The notes under the pieces were generated by a model. That model was given only the letters and a program-made list of their open reading frames with translations, ran no database searches and was not told where the DNA came from. From assembly GCF_001194135.2 (NCBI RefSeq), contig NC_068987.1, forward strand, positions 58,293,153 to 58,342,712: a DNA stretch of 49,560 bases, written 5' to 3'. Position numbers and translations under genes: made by a program. The first letter of the stretch is position 1; every line of letters begins with the position of its first letter. Of the stretch, positions 37,147 to 49,230 are shown in pieces. This DNA comes from Octopus bimaculoides (taxonomy: Eukaryota).

Positions 37147-38768
37147 TTAGCTAAGAAATAGCACTTGCTTGATAACATATAAAAGATATTGATCACAATG
37201 AGCATTGTTAAAAGTAACATCTTAATGCCTATTAACACCAAGAGCTACCATATGGTCACTTGACTTCCTAGAAATACAAGCCATACCGTACTGTCTCAAA
37301 AAACGGGCAAGAACACATTGGATAATCAGGGTTAGAATACCTTTGGTCATACATCTGCTTACTCAGGGCTGTCCAGGGTTAAACCATAACCCTAATATGT
37401 AGCCTAATGAGGTGTCATGTACCAGAGAGCCACAAAAAAATTGTGATTTAAATATCATCAACCTGTGAGATAAAATGGCTGTCATCATCATTTGACACCT
37501 GTTTTTTGTGCTGGCATGGTTTGGGCAGATCAACAGGAGTTGGTAAGGTTGGGAGTCATACCAGGCTCCATTGTCCGTTTTGGCATGGTTTCTATAGCTG
37601 GATGCCTTTGCTAATGCCAACCGCCTTACAGAGTGTACTAGACAATTTTTACATGGTACTAGCATGATAATGGTGAGGACCTATAAATATATCTCAAAAG
37701 ATATGGACCAGTAAAAGATATCACAATAATTATCATCATTAACATCGTTTGCTTTAAAATCCACTTTCCCCTGGTTACATGGGTCAGATGGAATTCAATG
37801 AAACTCTCTGTAGCTGGATGCTCTTTCTGACACCAACTCGTACTTGTTTCCAAGCAAGATAAGGGCACNNNNNNNNNNATATCATTGTTTAACTTCTGCC
37901 TTCCGTGCTAACATGGATATATTCTTTTATTCTTTTGTTTCAGTCATTTGACTGCAGCCATGCTGGAGCACTGCCTTTAGTTGAACAAATCAACCCCAGG
38001 ATTTATTCTTTGTAAGCCTAGTACTTATTCTATTAGTATCTTTTGCTGAACCACTAAGTTAGAGGGACATAAATACACCAACGTCGGTTGTCAAGCGATG
38101 GTGGAGGGACAAACACTGACACACAAATACATATATACATACATACATACATATACATATATAGTGTATATATAAACAGGCTTCTTTCAGTTTCTGCCAA
38201 CCAAATCCACTCACAAGGCTTTGGTCAGCCCAAGGTTATAGTAGAAGACACAGCCACTACTGCGCCTATTTAAAAATGGGTAATGAGTACATATACCATA
38301 TTTCATGGGATTTTGCCCCTTCACCAGCACCCATGTGTGTGTACATGGGGGGGGGGGCTTCTCTCTGTCTTGACATCACATGCTAATCACTGCCATACAA
38401 GCAGTCACATTTGTTTGTGATCTTCCATGAAACATAGCTGGACAGTGGGGAAAATATTATACTGCATGGAAACAGGTATGGATTGGTGACTGGATGAGCA
38501 TCCAGCAGCAGAAAATTTGCCTCAACAAATCTTGTCTACTTATGCTAGCATGGAAAATAGACATTAAAACAAAGATGTCATCTTGGTAGCTATCCACCAA
38601 TGAAATAAAAATGACCCAAACAGAATTTCTTGCCTAATGATACAATAGAGCAGGTACCACCAAATATGATTCAAGAGTCAACAGCCAAATATTTCATCCC
38701 TTTGACTATCTTATAACAACAGAGACATATATGGTGGAAACAAACTTTCTGGTCAACAATGAACTTAC

Positions 38769-38917
38769 ATCCAATCTATTTTGGTGGTTTTTAGTCTGCT
38801 GTTCCTGCTGCTTTAGACGCTGAAGGAGTTCATCAAATCCAACAATAGGGACTGGTATAAAGTTATCCGGGTCTGGATTGTCTTTTTTAGCCTGCTGCCA
38901 CAATAATGGATCAATGC
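38769..38917 (-). CDS. NUP54: Nup54 exon (start of the coiled-coil Nup54 domain)
   Basis: Acceptor tttgcag, donor gtaagt. Reads (G)IDPLLWQQAKKDNPDPDNFIPVPIVGFDELLQRLKQQEQQTKNHQNRLD. Confidence 0.97.
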
Positions 38918-40664
38918 CTGCAAAGAGAAAGATCAGTAATATTAACCACAACAGACAGAACTGTCTGCAACAAGTGAGACAAACAAAGAATAAACACTGT
39001 TAGAGTTGACAGCAAGAAGGTTGATAATGTACAGAAAGAAGTGTTGGAGTTGGGCTGTATCTGAATGTTGGTGGAATGTAGTGTGCCAGTGTGATCTTTC
39101 AAGAAGCTTCCAATCCAAGAAACAGATGAAACCCACAGATGAGCAGCTTACCTTGAGACTTTTATGCCAAATATGGCCAAATACATTGCTGATGTCAGGT
39201 ACAAAATTCTTTTCACTGGTCTTTTATGTGCAACAGAAGCAGTATTAGTTTAAAATAGCAATCTACATATCCTACTAAAACAGATACAATGTTGAAAGCC
39301 TAATTAACTGCAGTATTCTTCCTGTAAATACAATATTAAGAAACACAAAAACATATCAGAAACTACTACCACTATTAGATGATTTTCATCTGCTACTGAC
39401 TGATTTTTGTGTTTTTTAATGTATTTCTGTAAGAGATACTATATCAGGACAATTACCACAATTAATTAGACTTTCAATGATGGATCTGCTTTAAGTATGA
39501 TACACAGATTACTATTTTCATGGTATTTCTCAAGGTTGAATGACACAGGAGAGCGAGTCTCCAGTAGACATGGCTTTATGGAAGCTGTACTGATGGGACA
39601 GGGATTAAAATGTTGAAGAAAGAGAAAGTTAATGAGTGATTCCTTCAACAGTGAAATGTTTAGACATCAGAACAATAAGTCAACAGATGGCTGTCTTAAG
39701 AGAAGTTGCCATTCTTAGTAATGTTACACAATGTAGCAGATTTCCACAAATTAAGATAAAAATATTGAAGCGTAGACAAAGATAGAGTTATGAAAGGAAT
39801 ACTGTCATGGCTGGCAGTCTTGTTGATTTGATGAGGGAACAAGTATCTTTGCGCTTAGTGCCCTTGTGACCATAATGACAGAGCTGCTAGAATAGCGAAT
39901 AAATGCATAAATGGGTTTATTTTCTTGTATGCACAATGTGATGACTGATACAAAATGGGCAGTAAAACTTGACACTTTGTCCTTGCAAGTTCTGCTTCAA
40001 GCTAGATCTCTATGATAAATTAGCAAAAAGGATGGGCTTCAGTTTGTGAGGGAGTAGCAGTTTGTAGTTCTATCTGATCCATGCCAGTTCCTTTTCTATT
40101 TTAGATGATAGTATTGCAGGTAGTAAGACAAGTGTTGCAGAGAGTTCAGGTTTGTGAAAGATTCACCTTCTGTATCAGTAAGACTGGTGTGCAACGAATG
40201 TAATAGACAAGAAGAGTTGAAAACATTGAAGTTGTAACTTAATGATAAAGTAGCCCTGAGAGAGTCAACCTATGATTAAAAGTGTACCAATCACAACAAC
40301 CTACCCTGCTTGTAAATTTAAGACTGTATTGTTCAATGATGAGTCATTACCATTTTTTAAAGACAGGTGTGATTTGGGTGCTATTTCTAGCAGCTTGAGC
40401 AACATCATAGAACTCCACTGCAAAGGATGATGATTTCAGAAAGAGATGATATGGGATAGACATCCTTGATGCAAGACAAGGGAAGGTCAAAGAGTTGTTG
40501 TCAAAAAATATTTATTGGATTTTTTTAAATTCCTACAAGATATTTTACTTAAATTATTGAGATTTAATAAACAATATACTATCTTCATTGAAGATGAGAA
40601 AATAAACATTTAAACACCTTTCTGAAAACAAAACTTTGGCACAGAACTTCAAGAGAGTTCCTAC

Positions 40665-40867
40665 CTGCTAATGGATTATCTAAATACTGCTTCAGTTGTT
40701 CAGGTGTAAGGGCTTGTTTTGAAAGGATGTGTTCAACATTGAGAGGATTTTCAGACAATCTTTTCTTTGTTGTTACTTCATTTAAATGCTCAACTACTTT
40801 GGAAGTTGGGAAACATCGTTTTTGGCCAGTCATTTGCCGTTCTTCAATATAGATAACAATCTCTGTC
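40665..40867 (-). CDS. NUP54: Nup54 exon
   Basis: Acceptor aatttcag, donor gtagga. Reads TEIVIYIEERQMTGQKRCFPTSKVVEHLNEVTTKKRLSENPLNVEHILSKQALTPEQLKQYLDNPLA(G); phases 2/1 fit both neighbours. Confidence 0.95.
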
Positions 40868-41045
40868 CTGAAATTAGACAATTTAAATACTCAATACCGA
40901 ATGCAAAATTCAACACAAGAAAAGCTTTACAATTTAAAAGACTTTAAATTTATTTAATAAAGGCATATACTAGCTGTAAAACTTCTTGCCAGCTATTGTA
41001 TTGTGACTCTAAAAGTTTCACAACTCTGCTTCAGTATGCCTGTTT

Positions 41046-41082
<37 letters not shown>

Positions 41083-41558
41083 CATACACACACACACTCC
41101 AATTACTCTCTTACCACTCTCAAGGCACTGTTGTTTCTATCCCCTCACCAACAGCTGTTATGTAGCTGTCAAACACACTTTCACCTTTCTTCCTTCACTC
41201 CTTTCATCTTGACCGTCTTCTATGACTACAACCCAGTTGTGGGTCAAGAATGGACTAAATGAATAGAGACAATGTAGCGAAGAGAGGACTCTCTATTGTT
41301 GATAACAAGACTTCCTCTCTAGTGTCAGTTACATGATACAATGTACCCAGTAGACAATGTAACACGTTTAGCAATAGGAAGGGTATCCAGCCATACTACC
41401 ATGGCAAAAATGGAATGCACAATCAAGATGTGGTCTCTCAAGTCATCTAGGAGGGCGAAAATTGTCAATAAGAACTGACAAAAGACTATGACAACTTATC
41501 CTCCCCATTCCAGCATAGAAAATCAGACATAAAAATGATAAATTCAAAAACTCTTTAC

Positions 41559-41746
41559 TTGTTATCAGGCCACGGTTTTACTCCTTTAACGCACACAGAA
41601 TATGATGGCTTGCCACCAAGAATCTGATATACGGTATCGACAAAAAGTTTTTGGTTTATTAACACTTCACTATATGGTTTTTTCAGTACCAATCCAACAA
41701 GGCCATCTTCATCTTTTGTCTGAGGATTGCAGCTGTAACTGATTGC
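41559..41746 (-). CDS. NUP54: Nup54 exon (alpha/beta domain)
   Basis: Acceptor ccacag, donor gtaaag. Reads AISYSCNPQTKDEDGLVGLVLKKPYSEVLINQKLFVDTVYQILGGKPSYSVCVKGVKPWPDN(K), cf. AVGYSCMPSNKDEDGLVVL. Confidence 0.96.
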
Positions 41747-42005
41747 CTGTGGAAGAAATAAAAACAATGAAGAATACTAACAAAGAAAACTGACATAAGA
41801 CATTACATAGTAGAGGAATGGATTAATGCTTTACATGGAAACATATTTAGTCTTCCAATGAAGTAAATGAGAGACAGGCAGAGGGCATCTCTGTTTACTG
41901 AATGTTAACTTTACCACACAACTTATAAGACACATTTTAAATAAGATAGGCAAAACAAGAGAAATGTAGCACTTAATAAAAGACCAATTAGAAGAGGTGT
42001 TGAAA

Positions 42006-42257
42006 TCATCATCATCATCGTTTAACGTCTGCTTTCCATGCTAGCATGGGTTGGACAATTTGACTGAGGACTGGTGGAACCCAAAGGCTACACCAGGCTC
42101 CGATCTGATTTGGCAGAGTTTCTACAGCTGGATGCCCTTCCTAACGCCAACCACTCCGAGAGTGTAGTAGGTGCTTTTACGTGTAACCCGCACGAAGGCC
42201 AGTCAGGCAATACTGGCAACGGCCACGCTCAAAATGGCGTATTTTATGTGCCACCTG
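42006..42257 (-). mobile_element. RTE 3' tail (runs into a gap)
   Basis: Same consensus. Confidence 0.88.
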
Positions 42258-42964
42258 NNNNNNNNNNNNNNNNNNNNNNNNNNNNNNNNNNNNNNNNNNN
42301 NNNNNNNNNNNNNNNNNNNNNNNNNNNNNNNNNNNNNNNNNNNNNNNNNNNNNNNNNNNNNNNNNNNNNNNNNNNNNNNNNNNNNNNNNNNNNNNNNNNN
42401 NNNNNNNNNNNNNNNNNNNNNNNNNNNNNNTGCTGCGGGCACAAGTGTTAACTATTATTAAAATTAATTTTGTAAATCAATCAAAATGATCAAACTTTGA
42501 TTCTTTAAGGACATCCTGTTTGTAACTTCATAACAGGCACAGATATGAGCCATGTGGCTAAGAAGTTTCCACTGTAACAATGTGGTTTCAGGTTCGATTT
42601 CCCCATATGGTACCTCGGTCACATTTTATCAAAGAGTCAAATCAATCAAACATTGTGAATTAAATTTGGTAGAGAGAAACAGTGTGGGAACCCACCGAGG
42701 TGTCTGTTCCTGTTGCTTTATTGATAGATTTACACTGGAATCTGCATTGTACCAATTATTTTAGCTAGCTCTCTGATCTACAGAGAACTTTGTGTAACAA
42801 GTATCAGACGTCCAAGTCTATCACAGGAAGCAAAACAAGAATACAAAGAATATAAACACATTCTACACTACATTGGTCTTCACATTAAATAATTGTGAAT
42901 GAAATAAAATACTAGGCTTAATTAGCTTGACTGAATGCAGATTTCAAAAGAATGTAGAGATATA

Positions 42965-43402
42965 GGCACAGGAGTGGCTGTGTGATAAGTAGCTTGCTTA
43001 CCAACCACATGATTCCAGGNNNNNNNNNNGGAGTGGCTGTGTGGTAAGTAGCTTGCTTACCAACCACATGATTCCAGGTTCAGTCCCACTGCGTGGCATC
43101 TTGAGCAAGTGTCTTCTACTATAGCGTCGGGCCAACCAAAGCCTTGTGAGTGGGTTTGGTAGACGGAAACTGAAAGAAGCTCATCATATATATATGTGTA
43201 TATGTATATATATGTGTGTGTGTGTGTCCAACATCGCTTGACAACCGATGGTGTGTTTACATCCCCGTAACTTAGCGGTTCGGCAAAAGTGACCGATAGA
43301 ATAAGCACTAGGCTTACAAAGAATAAGTCCTGGGGTTGATTTGCTCGACTAAAGGCGGTGATCCAGCATGGCTGCAATCAAATGACTGAAACAGGTAAAG
43401 AG
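42965..43402 (+). mobile_element. Bipartite SINE family A (tRNA-like head, internal TA/TG microsatellite, conserved tail); representative copy
   Basis: Head GGAGTGGCTGTGTGGTAAGTAGCTTGC...GGTTCAGTCCCACTG; tail AACATCGCTTGACAACCGATG...GACTAAAGGCGGTG...GACTGAAAC. Other whole or partial copies at about 10570-10830, 20185-20340(-), 21470-21680, 22135-22680, 23110-23240, 23720-23920, 24830-25000(-), 26250-26460, 37925-38250(-), 43840-44220, 44915-45070. Confidence 0.85.
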
Positions 43403-43465
43403 TATATGTATGTGTCACAGAGCCTAGTGGTTAGGGTACTTTGATCCCATTTTCTTGACAAAAGA

Positions 43466-43790
43466 ATCATCATCGTCATCTAACATCCATCTTTCATGCT
43501 GGCATGGATTGGACAGTTTGACAGGAGCTCACCAGCCAAGGAGCTGTCCAGGCTCCATCCAGGCATGGTTTCTATGACTGGATGCCCTTCCTAATGCCAA
43601 CCACTTTAGTGCTGGGTACTTTTATGCAGCATTGGCACAGGTGTGTTTACGTGGCACCAACACCCATGAGCCTGCAAGATTAAGAATGTTCAGCTGGTGA
43701 GGGATACAGGACACATGCATCCCTCTCCAGCAGAGTGTTCATAATATTGCTGGCTCATGGGTGTTGGTGCCACGTAAAAAGCACTTGCGC
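43466..43790 (-). mobile_element. Older RTE tail copy containing an inverted duplication
   Basis: Diverged consensus GGATGCCCTTCCTAATGCCAACC; see the finding on the 27-bp inverted repeat. Confidence 0.7.
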
Positions 43791-44286
43791 TGATGCTGCA
43801 TCTGAACAAAATCCATCCTAACTATGGCAAGCTGTATACTTCCTAACCACATAGTTTTGGGTTCAATCCCACTGCATAGTACTTGGGACAAGTATTTTCT
43901 ACTATAGCCCCAGGCCAAGCAAAGCCTTGAGAGTAGATTTAGTAGACAGAAACTGAAAGAAGTCTGTTATGTGTGCATGTGTTCTTCATCACAAGTTGTC
44001 AAGCCGTGATGGAGGACAGACAGACAGATACACACACACACACAGTGTTGGTTTGTTTACGGCCCCATAACTTAGCAGTTCTGAAAAAGAGGTTAACAAA
44101 ACAAGTACCAGACTTATAATAAAATTAAGTACAGGGATTGATTCGTTCAGCTAAAATCCTTCAAGACAGAGCCCCCGCATGGCCGCAGCCCAATGACTGT
44201 AGCAAGTAAAAGATAAAAGACAAAGCTAGCAATGCATCGGAGAGATAAAGGAAGAGAGCATAGAAACACTCCATAACAAGACTTAC

Positions 44287-44513
44287 CTTAAAACGACAAA
44301 GCAAATTTTCTGATGTTAGATCGACAAAACCATTTGAATCAAAATATGCACGACCTGTGCCCCAGTAAGCCTGCAACTGGTTCCATTTAGCAATGATAGC
44401 ATCCCTCTCATCATTGAAGATATGTGGCATCATCACAGCTTTAGCAAGATTATCCAGTTGATTGGCAACATTTGCTTGCTGTTGCTGCTGCTGCTGCTGT
44501 TGAGTCTGTGTGT
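44287..44513 (-). CDS. NUP54: Nup54 exon (polyQ linker plus DERDAIIAKWNQLQAYWGTG motif)
   Basis: Acceptor gcttttag, donor gtaagt. Reads TQTQ9ANVANQLDNLAKAVMMPHIFNDERDAIIAKWNQLQAYWGTGRAYFDSNGFVDLTSENLLCRFK, matching the recalled vertebrate Nup54 GDERDAILAKWNQLQAFWGTGKGYF...ENPFCRFK. Confidence 0.97.
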
Positions 44514-45087
44514 CTAAAAGCAAAAAAAAAATGACAATGTAGTTCAAAGAAGTCACAGATAGCTGAAGGAGATAACAGCCATACATCATCATCGTTTTAA
44601 CAATCACTTTCCATGCTGGCTTGAGTTGGAAGGTTTGACATAGTGCTGGCTAGCAAGGAGCTGTCCAGACTCCAGTTGTCAGTTGAGGAATGGTATCTAA
44701 GGCTTGATGTCCTTCATAATGCTGACCACTTGTGCTGGGGGTGCTTTTTACAACCAGCACCTGGTATTATGTTAGTAATATACTGAACAGAAACATATAC
44801 ATATTAAATATGAAAAGACAGCGATAAAATCTTTGCAAGCAGAGGGAAAACAGCCATGATATGGATATATGTCCTTACATATATTCACTTACAGTTACAG
44901 GCATAGCTGTGTAAGGTGCGAGTATGGTTGTATGGTTCAGAAACTTGCTTTCCAACCATGTGATTTCGAGTTCAGTCCCACTCTGTGGCACTTGGGTAGC
45001 TCTCTTGCCTCGGGCAGACCACAGCCTTGTTAGTGGATTTGGTAAACAAAAACTGAAAGAATTCATTGTATGTGTACTTGTGCATAG

Positions 45088-45249
45088 GTCAATCAACATC
45101 CCCTCCCCCGTAACACCATACCATCTCTCAAGTCCACCATAACCAGTGCTATGTCCAGATTTGATAAAGATCATCTGATTCAGGTTTGTCAATGCTTCCA
45201 AGTCCATATTGAAGCAGCCATTGATGCTAACAGTAGATTCATTGAATAG
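45088..45249 (+). mobile_element. Tc1/mariner-superfamily transposase C-terminal fragment
   Basis: Reads VNQHPLPRNTIPSLKSTITSAMSRFDKDHLIQVCQCFQVHIEAAIDANSRFIE*, a typical maT/rosa-like C-terminus. Confidence 0.7.
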
Positions 45250-46719
45250 ATATTACCTTGCTTCGAAGCAGGTGTACCAATTGCATAGAGGAGGGGGGGG
45301 GGGATCTAATTAACTCACCCCCAATTTTCAGACCTTGTGCCTATTGTAGAAAGGATTTATTATTATTACTAAGGTAGCAAGCTGGCAGAATCGTTAGCAT
45401 GTCAGGCAAAATGCTTAGAGGTATTTCATCTGTCGCTACATTCAGAGTTCAAATTCCACCGACGTCAACTTTGCCTTTCATCCTATCAGAGTCAGTAAAA
45501 TAAGTACCAGTTGAACACTGGGGATCAGTGTAATTGACTTATCCCCTCCCCAAAATTGCTGCCCTTGTGGCAAAATTTGAAACCATTATTATTATTTGTG
45601 CACACATCCTCATTCACCTATTGTCTACTCTAAACCTACACATCCCACTATCATCTATTCTCCAAACAGCTGTGCTTGTTTTTTTACACTCATATCAGAT
45701 CTACTTACAATGCCATGGGAACTCATCACTGAAAAGAAAATACTTGATTTGTGCATATCAAATATTTCCCCTTTCCCATACCTCTACCAACTATATCCAA
45801 TCATCATGATGATTGAATGGGGAAGGATTGAAGGATTGCACTCTGGCAAGCATTATCTGCCTTCTCAGACTCTCCCCAGTCACACTGATCCCTTGGACAT
45901 GTTTCCCTGAGTACATACTTTGGCTTTTCATTACTATCTTATTTACCTCTTCTCTGCATCTCCTTCAACTCAACCTCCACCCTTTTTCCTTACTGCTCTT
46001 ACTATTCTGACTTCTCTCCCTCTCTCCAATTTCTTGACACTCCCTTTCTCTTCTATTACCCACTTCCATCAGATCATTCCTTCACACACCCCTTTTCCCA
46101 CTCATGTATAAGGTGGGATAGTACTACATCCCCTCCTACTTAACCCTTCCCAGTTTTATTACTCTCTAACTTCCTGATATTAATTTCCTCTTCCCTAATA
46201 GCAATAGGAAAGTTGTTGAAAGTAAATCCAATAACAAATGTCCTGGATCCTAACAAGCAGTTGAACCCATGCTGGCAAGGTAGGAAGACTGACCCATTCC
46301 ATGACTGAGTCCATCAATTTAACCTGTGCTATTACTACTCTGTCCCCTTCCCACTCTCCTTGACACTACCTTTGACATTACTCTTTCACTTCCCATCTCT
46401 TCTGTCACCTTTACTATCACCACATCACTGTTCCCTCTCTTATTCTTTCCATTACCATCCTCTCACAACAATAAATCTGTTCCTTCCATAATGGGGTCCT
46501 CTCTTTGGTTTTGCAAGCTATCTCACCGATGATGGTGCCACTAAAAAAAGCACCCAGTACACTATGAAGTGGTTGGTGTTACAAAGAGAAACCAGCCTTA
46601 GAAATCATGCCAAAAATGAGACATTGAAGCAAGACATGGTCCTCCAGTACCCTGAATTTTATCAGACTGTCCTACTGATGCCAGCATGGAAAGTAGACAT
46701 AAAATTATTACTATTATTC

Positions 46720-47640
46720 AGGGGGCAAGCTGTCAGAATCAGTAGAATGCTGGGTAAAATAGTTAGTGACATTTCATCAGTTTTTACATTCTGGGTTCAA
46801 ATTCCTCTGAGGTTCACTCTGCCTTTCATCCTTTCAGGATTGATGAAATAAGTATTAGTAGAGAACAGGGGTGGGTGTCAATGCAACAAACTTCCCCACC
46901 CAAAAAAATTGCTGACTTTGTACCAAAAATAAGATAATTATTATTAAGGCAGCAAGCTGGCAGAATCATTAGCATGAATCATTAGCATGAATCATTAGCA
47001 GAATCATTAGCATGCCGAGCAAAATGCTTAGCGGTATTTTTTCCGTCTTCATTTTCTAAGTTCAAATTCTGTTGAAATCAACTTTGCCTTTCATCATTTT
47101 GGGGTCGATTTATATAAGTACTAGCTAAACACTGGGGCCAGTATGATCGACTTACCCCTTCCCCAAATTTGCTGGCCATGTGCCAAAATTCAGTGAGCTG
47201 ATAGAATTATTAGCATGATGGGCAAAATGCTTAGCAGCATTTCTTCTGGCTTTATGCTCTGAGGTCAACTTTGCCTTTCATCCTTTACACTGGGGTTGAT
47301 GTAATCCTGAACACTGGGGTTGATGTAATCCTGAACACTGGGGTTGATGTAATCAACTAGACCCCTCCCCAAAAAATTTCAGGCTTCGTGTCTATAGTGG
47401 AAAAGGTTATTAGCATTATCGTTAAAAAGCAGCAAGCTGGCTGAATCATTAGCATAACAGACAAAATGCTAAACAGCATTTCCTCCAGCTTTACGTTCTG
47501 AGTTCAAATTCCACCGAAGTTGACTTTACCTGTCATCCTTCTTTTGGGTAGACAGAATAAGTACTGAGGTTGATGTAATCGACTTCCCCTTCCCCACAAA
47601 AAAAACTCCCGGCCCAGTGCCATAATTTGAAACCATTATT
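46720..47640 (+). mobile_element. Head-to-tail array of family-B SINEs
   Basis: Same consensus, about four units. Further copies at about 4065-4230, 8150-8290, 28200-28690, 28845-29000, 29675-29865, 45370-45595, 48190-48570. Confidence 0.85.
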
Positions 47641-47642
47641 AC

Positions 47643-47882
47643 AGGTGGCACGTAAAATACACCATTTTAAGCGTGGCCATTGCCAGTACCGCCTGACTAG
47701 CCTTTGTGCTGGTGGCACGTAAAAGCACCCACTACACTCTTGGAGTGGTTGGCATTAGGAAGGGCATCCAGCTGTAGTAACACTGCCAAATCAGATTGGA
47801 GCCTGGTGTAGCCATCTGGTTCACCAGTCCTCAGTCAAACCCATGCTAGCATGGAAAGCGGACGTTAAACGATGATGATGAT
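47643..47882 (+). mobile_element. RTE 3' tail
   Basis: GGTGGCACGTAAAAGCACCCACTACACTC...GGAAGGGCATCCAGC...AAACGATGATGATG. Confidence 0.88.
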
Positions 47883-47997
47883 TATAATAATTATTAAAAA
47901 AACACTTAACAATTTTTCACATTGTTCACAGAGTTAAATAACAATTTGTAGATCTTATTTACATGATGATTAAAAGCAATAAATTTATAATATTTAC

Positions 47998-48087
47998 GTC
48001 CAAAGAGTGATGTTCCTGCAAGAGTGGTCCCGAATGCATTGGTGGCACCAGTACTTGTAGTACTGAATCCTCCCAAGGTATTGAAGG
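47998..48087 (-). CDS. NUP54: Nup54 exon, FG-repeat region (first exon visible; upstream exons outside the window)
   Basis: Acceptor ttctcctaaag, donor gtaaat. 90 bp reading (A)FNTLGGFSTTSTGATNAFGTTLAGTSLFG. The phase-1 end joins the next exon as CAC. Confidence 0.88.
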
Positions 48088-49230
48088 CTTTAGGAGAAAA
48101 AACAAAACAAAAAGGAAATTACATTATTATATTAATACATAATGAGATTATTAATACAAATTATTCATAAACATTATTATTATTGGTGATGAATTGGCAA
48201 AATCATTAAAGGATCGAATGAAATACTTTAAAGTACTTGGTTACAACTCTTTCATATTCAGTGTTCAAATCCAGCTGAGGTCAACTTTGCTTTCATCCTT
48301 CTGGGCCAATAAAATAAAGTACTTCTTGCATCACAAAATTTAGCAGAACAGAATGCTTAGCGGTATTTCACCCATCACTACGTTGAGTTCAAATTCCACC
48401 AAGGTCAACTTTGCCTATCATCCTTTCAGGGTCGATAAATTAAATACCAGTGAAACACTGGGGTCAATATAATCAACTAGCCCTCTGCCCAGAATTTTCA
48501 GGCCTTGTGTCTTTAGTAGGAAGGAATATTATTATTATTATTGTGGCAAACTGGCAGAATCGTTAGCACACCAGGCAGTGTAGTGGGTGCTTTTTATGTG
48601 CCACCAGCATGGGTGCCAGTTACAAAACACCAGCATCAGCCACAATTACAATCTCATTTAGCTTGACAGGTCTTCTCAAGCACAGTACATTGCCAAAGGT
48701 CTCAGTCACTTGTCCCTGCCTCCATGAGACCCAAAATTCGAAAGGTGGTCTTTAATGCAAACTGTCAAATTGAACCTGAAGCCCCTGTTCATAAACTGAT
48801 GATCCTAGATCAGTGAAACTGAGCACACTTATGATCAAAGGCCTTTATTCATAATCACCCATCTTAATTTCAAAAAGAGGATAATGTAGTTCGAGCTTAA
48901 CTATATATGTCTCCTTCCTTTTTAAAGATGGTTGGGTGCATTTGAAAAAGATATGACTAGTAATTTACACAGCTTGGGTGACCAAATAATTGCTCCCTCA
49001 CTGATGTTTTGTTATATTTGTAGTGATGAGTTCAGTTGTTTCCTTTGAGCCTGGCCCATGACAACAGTCCATGCTTCAATGATTTTTATCACTAGCATTG
49101 CAAAGAGGCTTTGATAATGAAGATATTATGTATATATAATTATAGCAAAACTAGCAATGGATTAAGATATATCAGAGATTTGTTTACATTCTATGTGGCA
49201 TTAAGTTACATCAATTGCAAGTTTTCTTTT

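Noticed and set aside
37363-37665. ORF containing ILSHRL as a candidate Nup54 exon
   Set aside because: It lies in a degraded RTE tail without suitable splice sites; the true exon is 36469-36576.
11481-42461. Long ORFs of 120-370 aa in the ORF track made of X residues
   Set aside because: They simply read through N gaps.
42970-43078. 49-bp direct repeat of a SINE head on both sides of a 10-N gap
   Set aside because: One mismatch and exact placement at contig ends indicate unmerged overlapping contigs or haplotypes, not a real duplication.
46963-47354. CRISPR-like or prokaryotic features
   Set aside because: The short repeats have no spacers; the window is eukaryotic, with spliceosomal introns and no cas genes.
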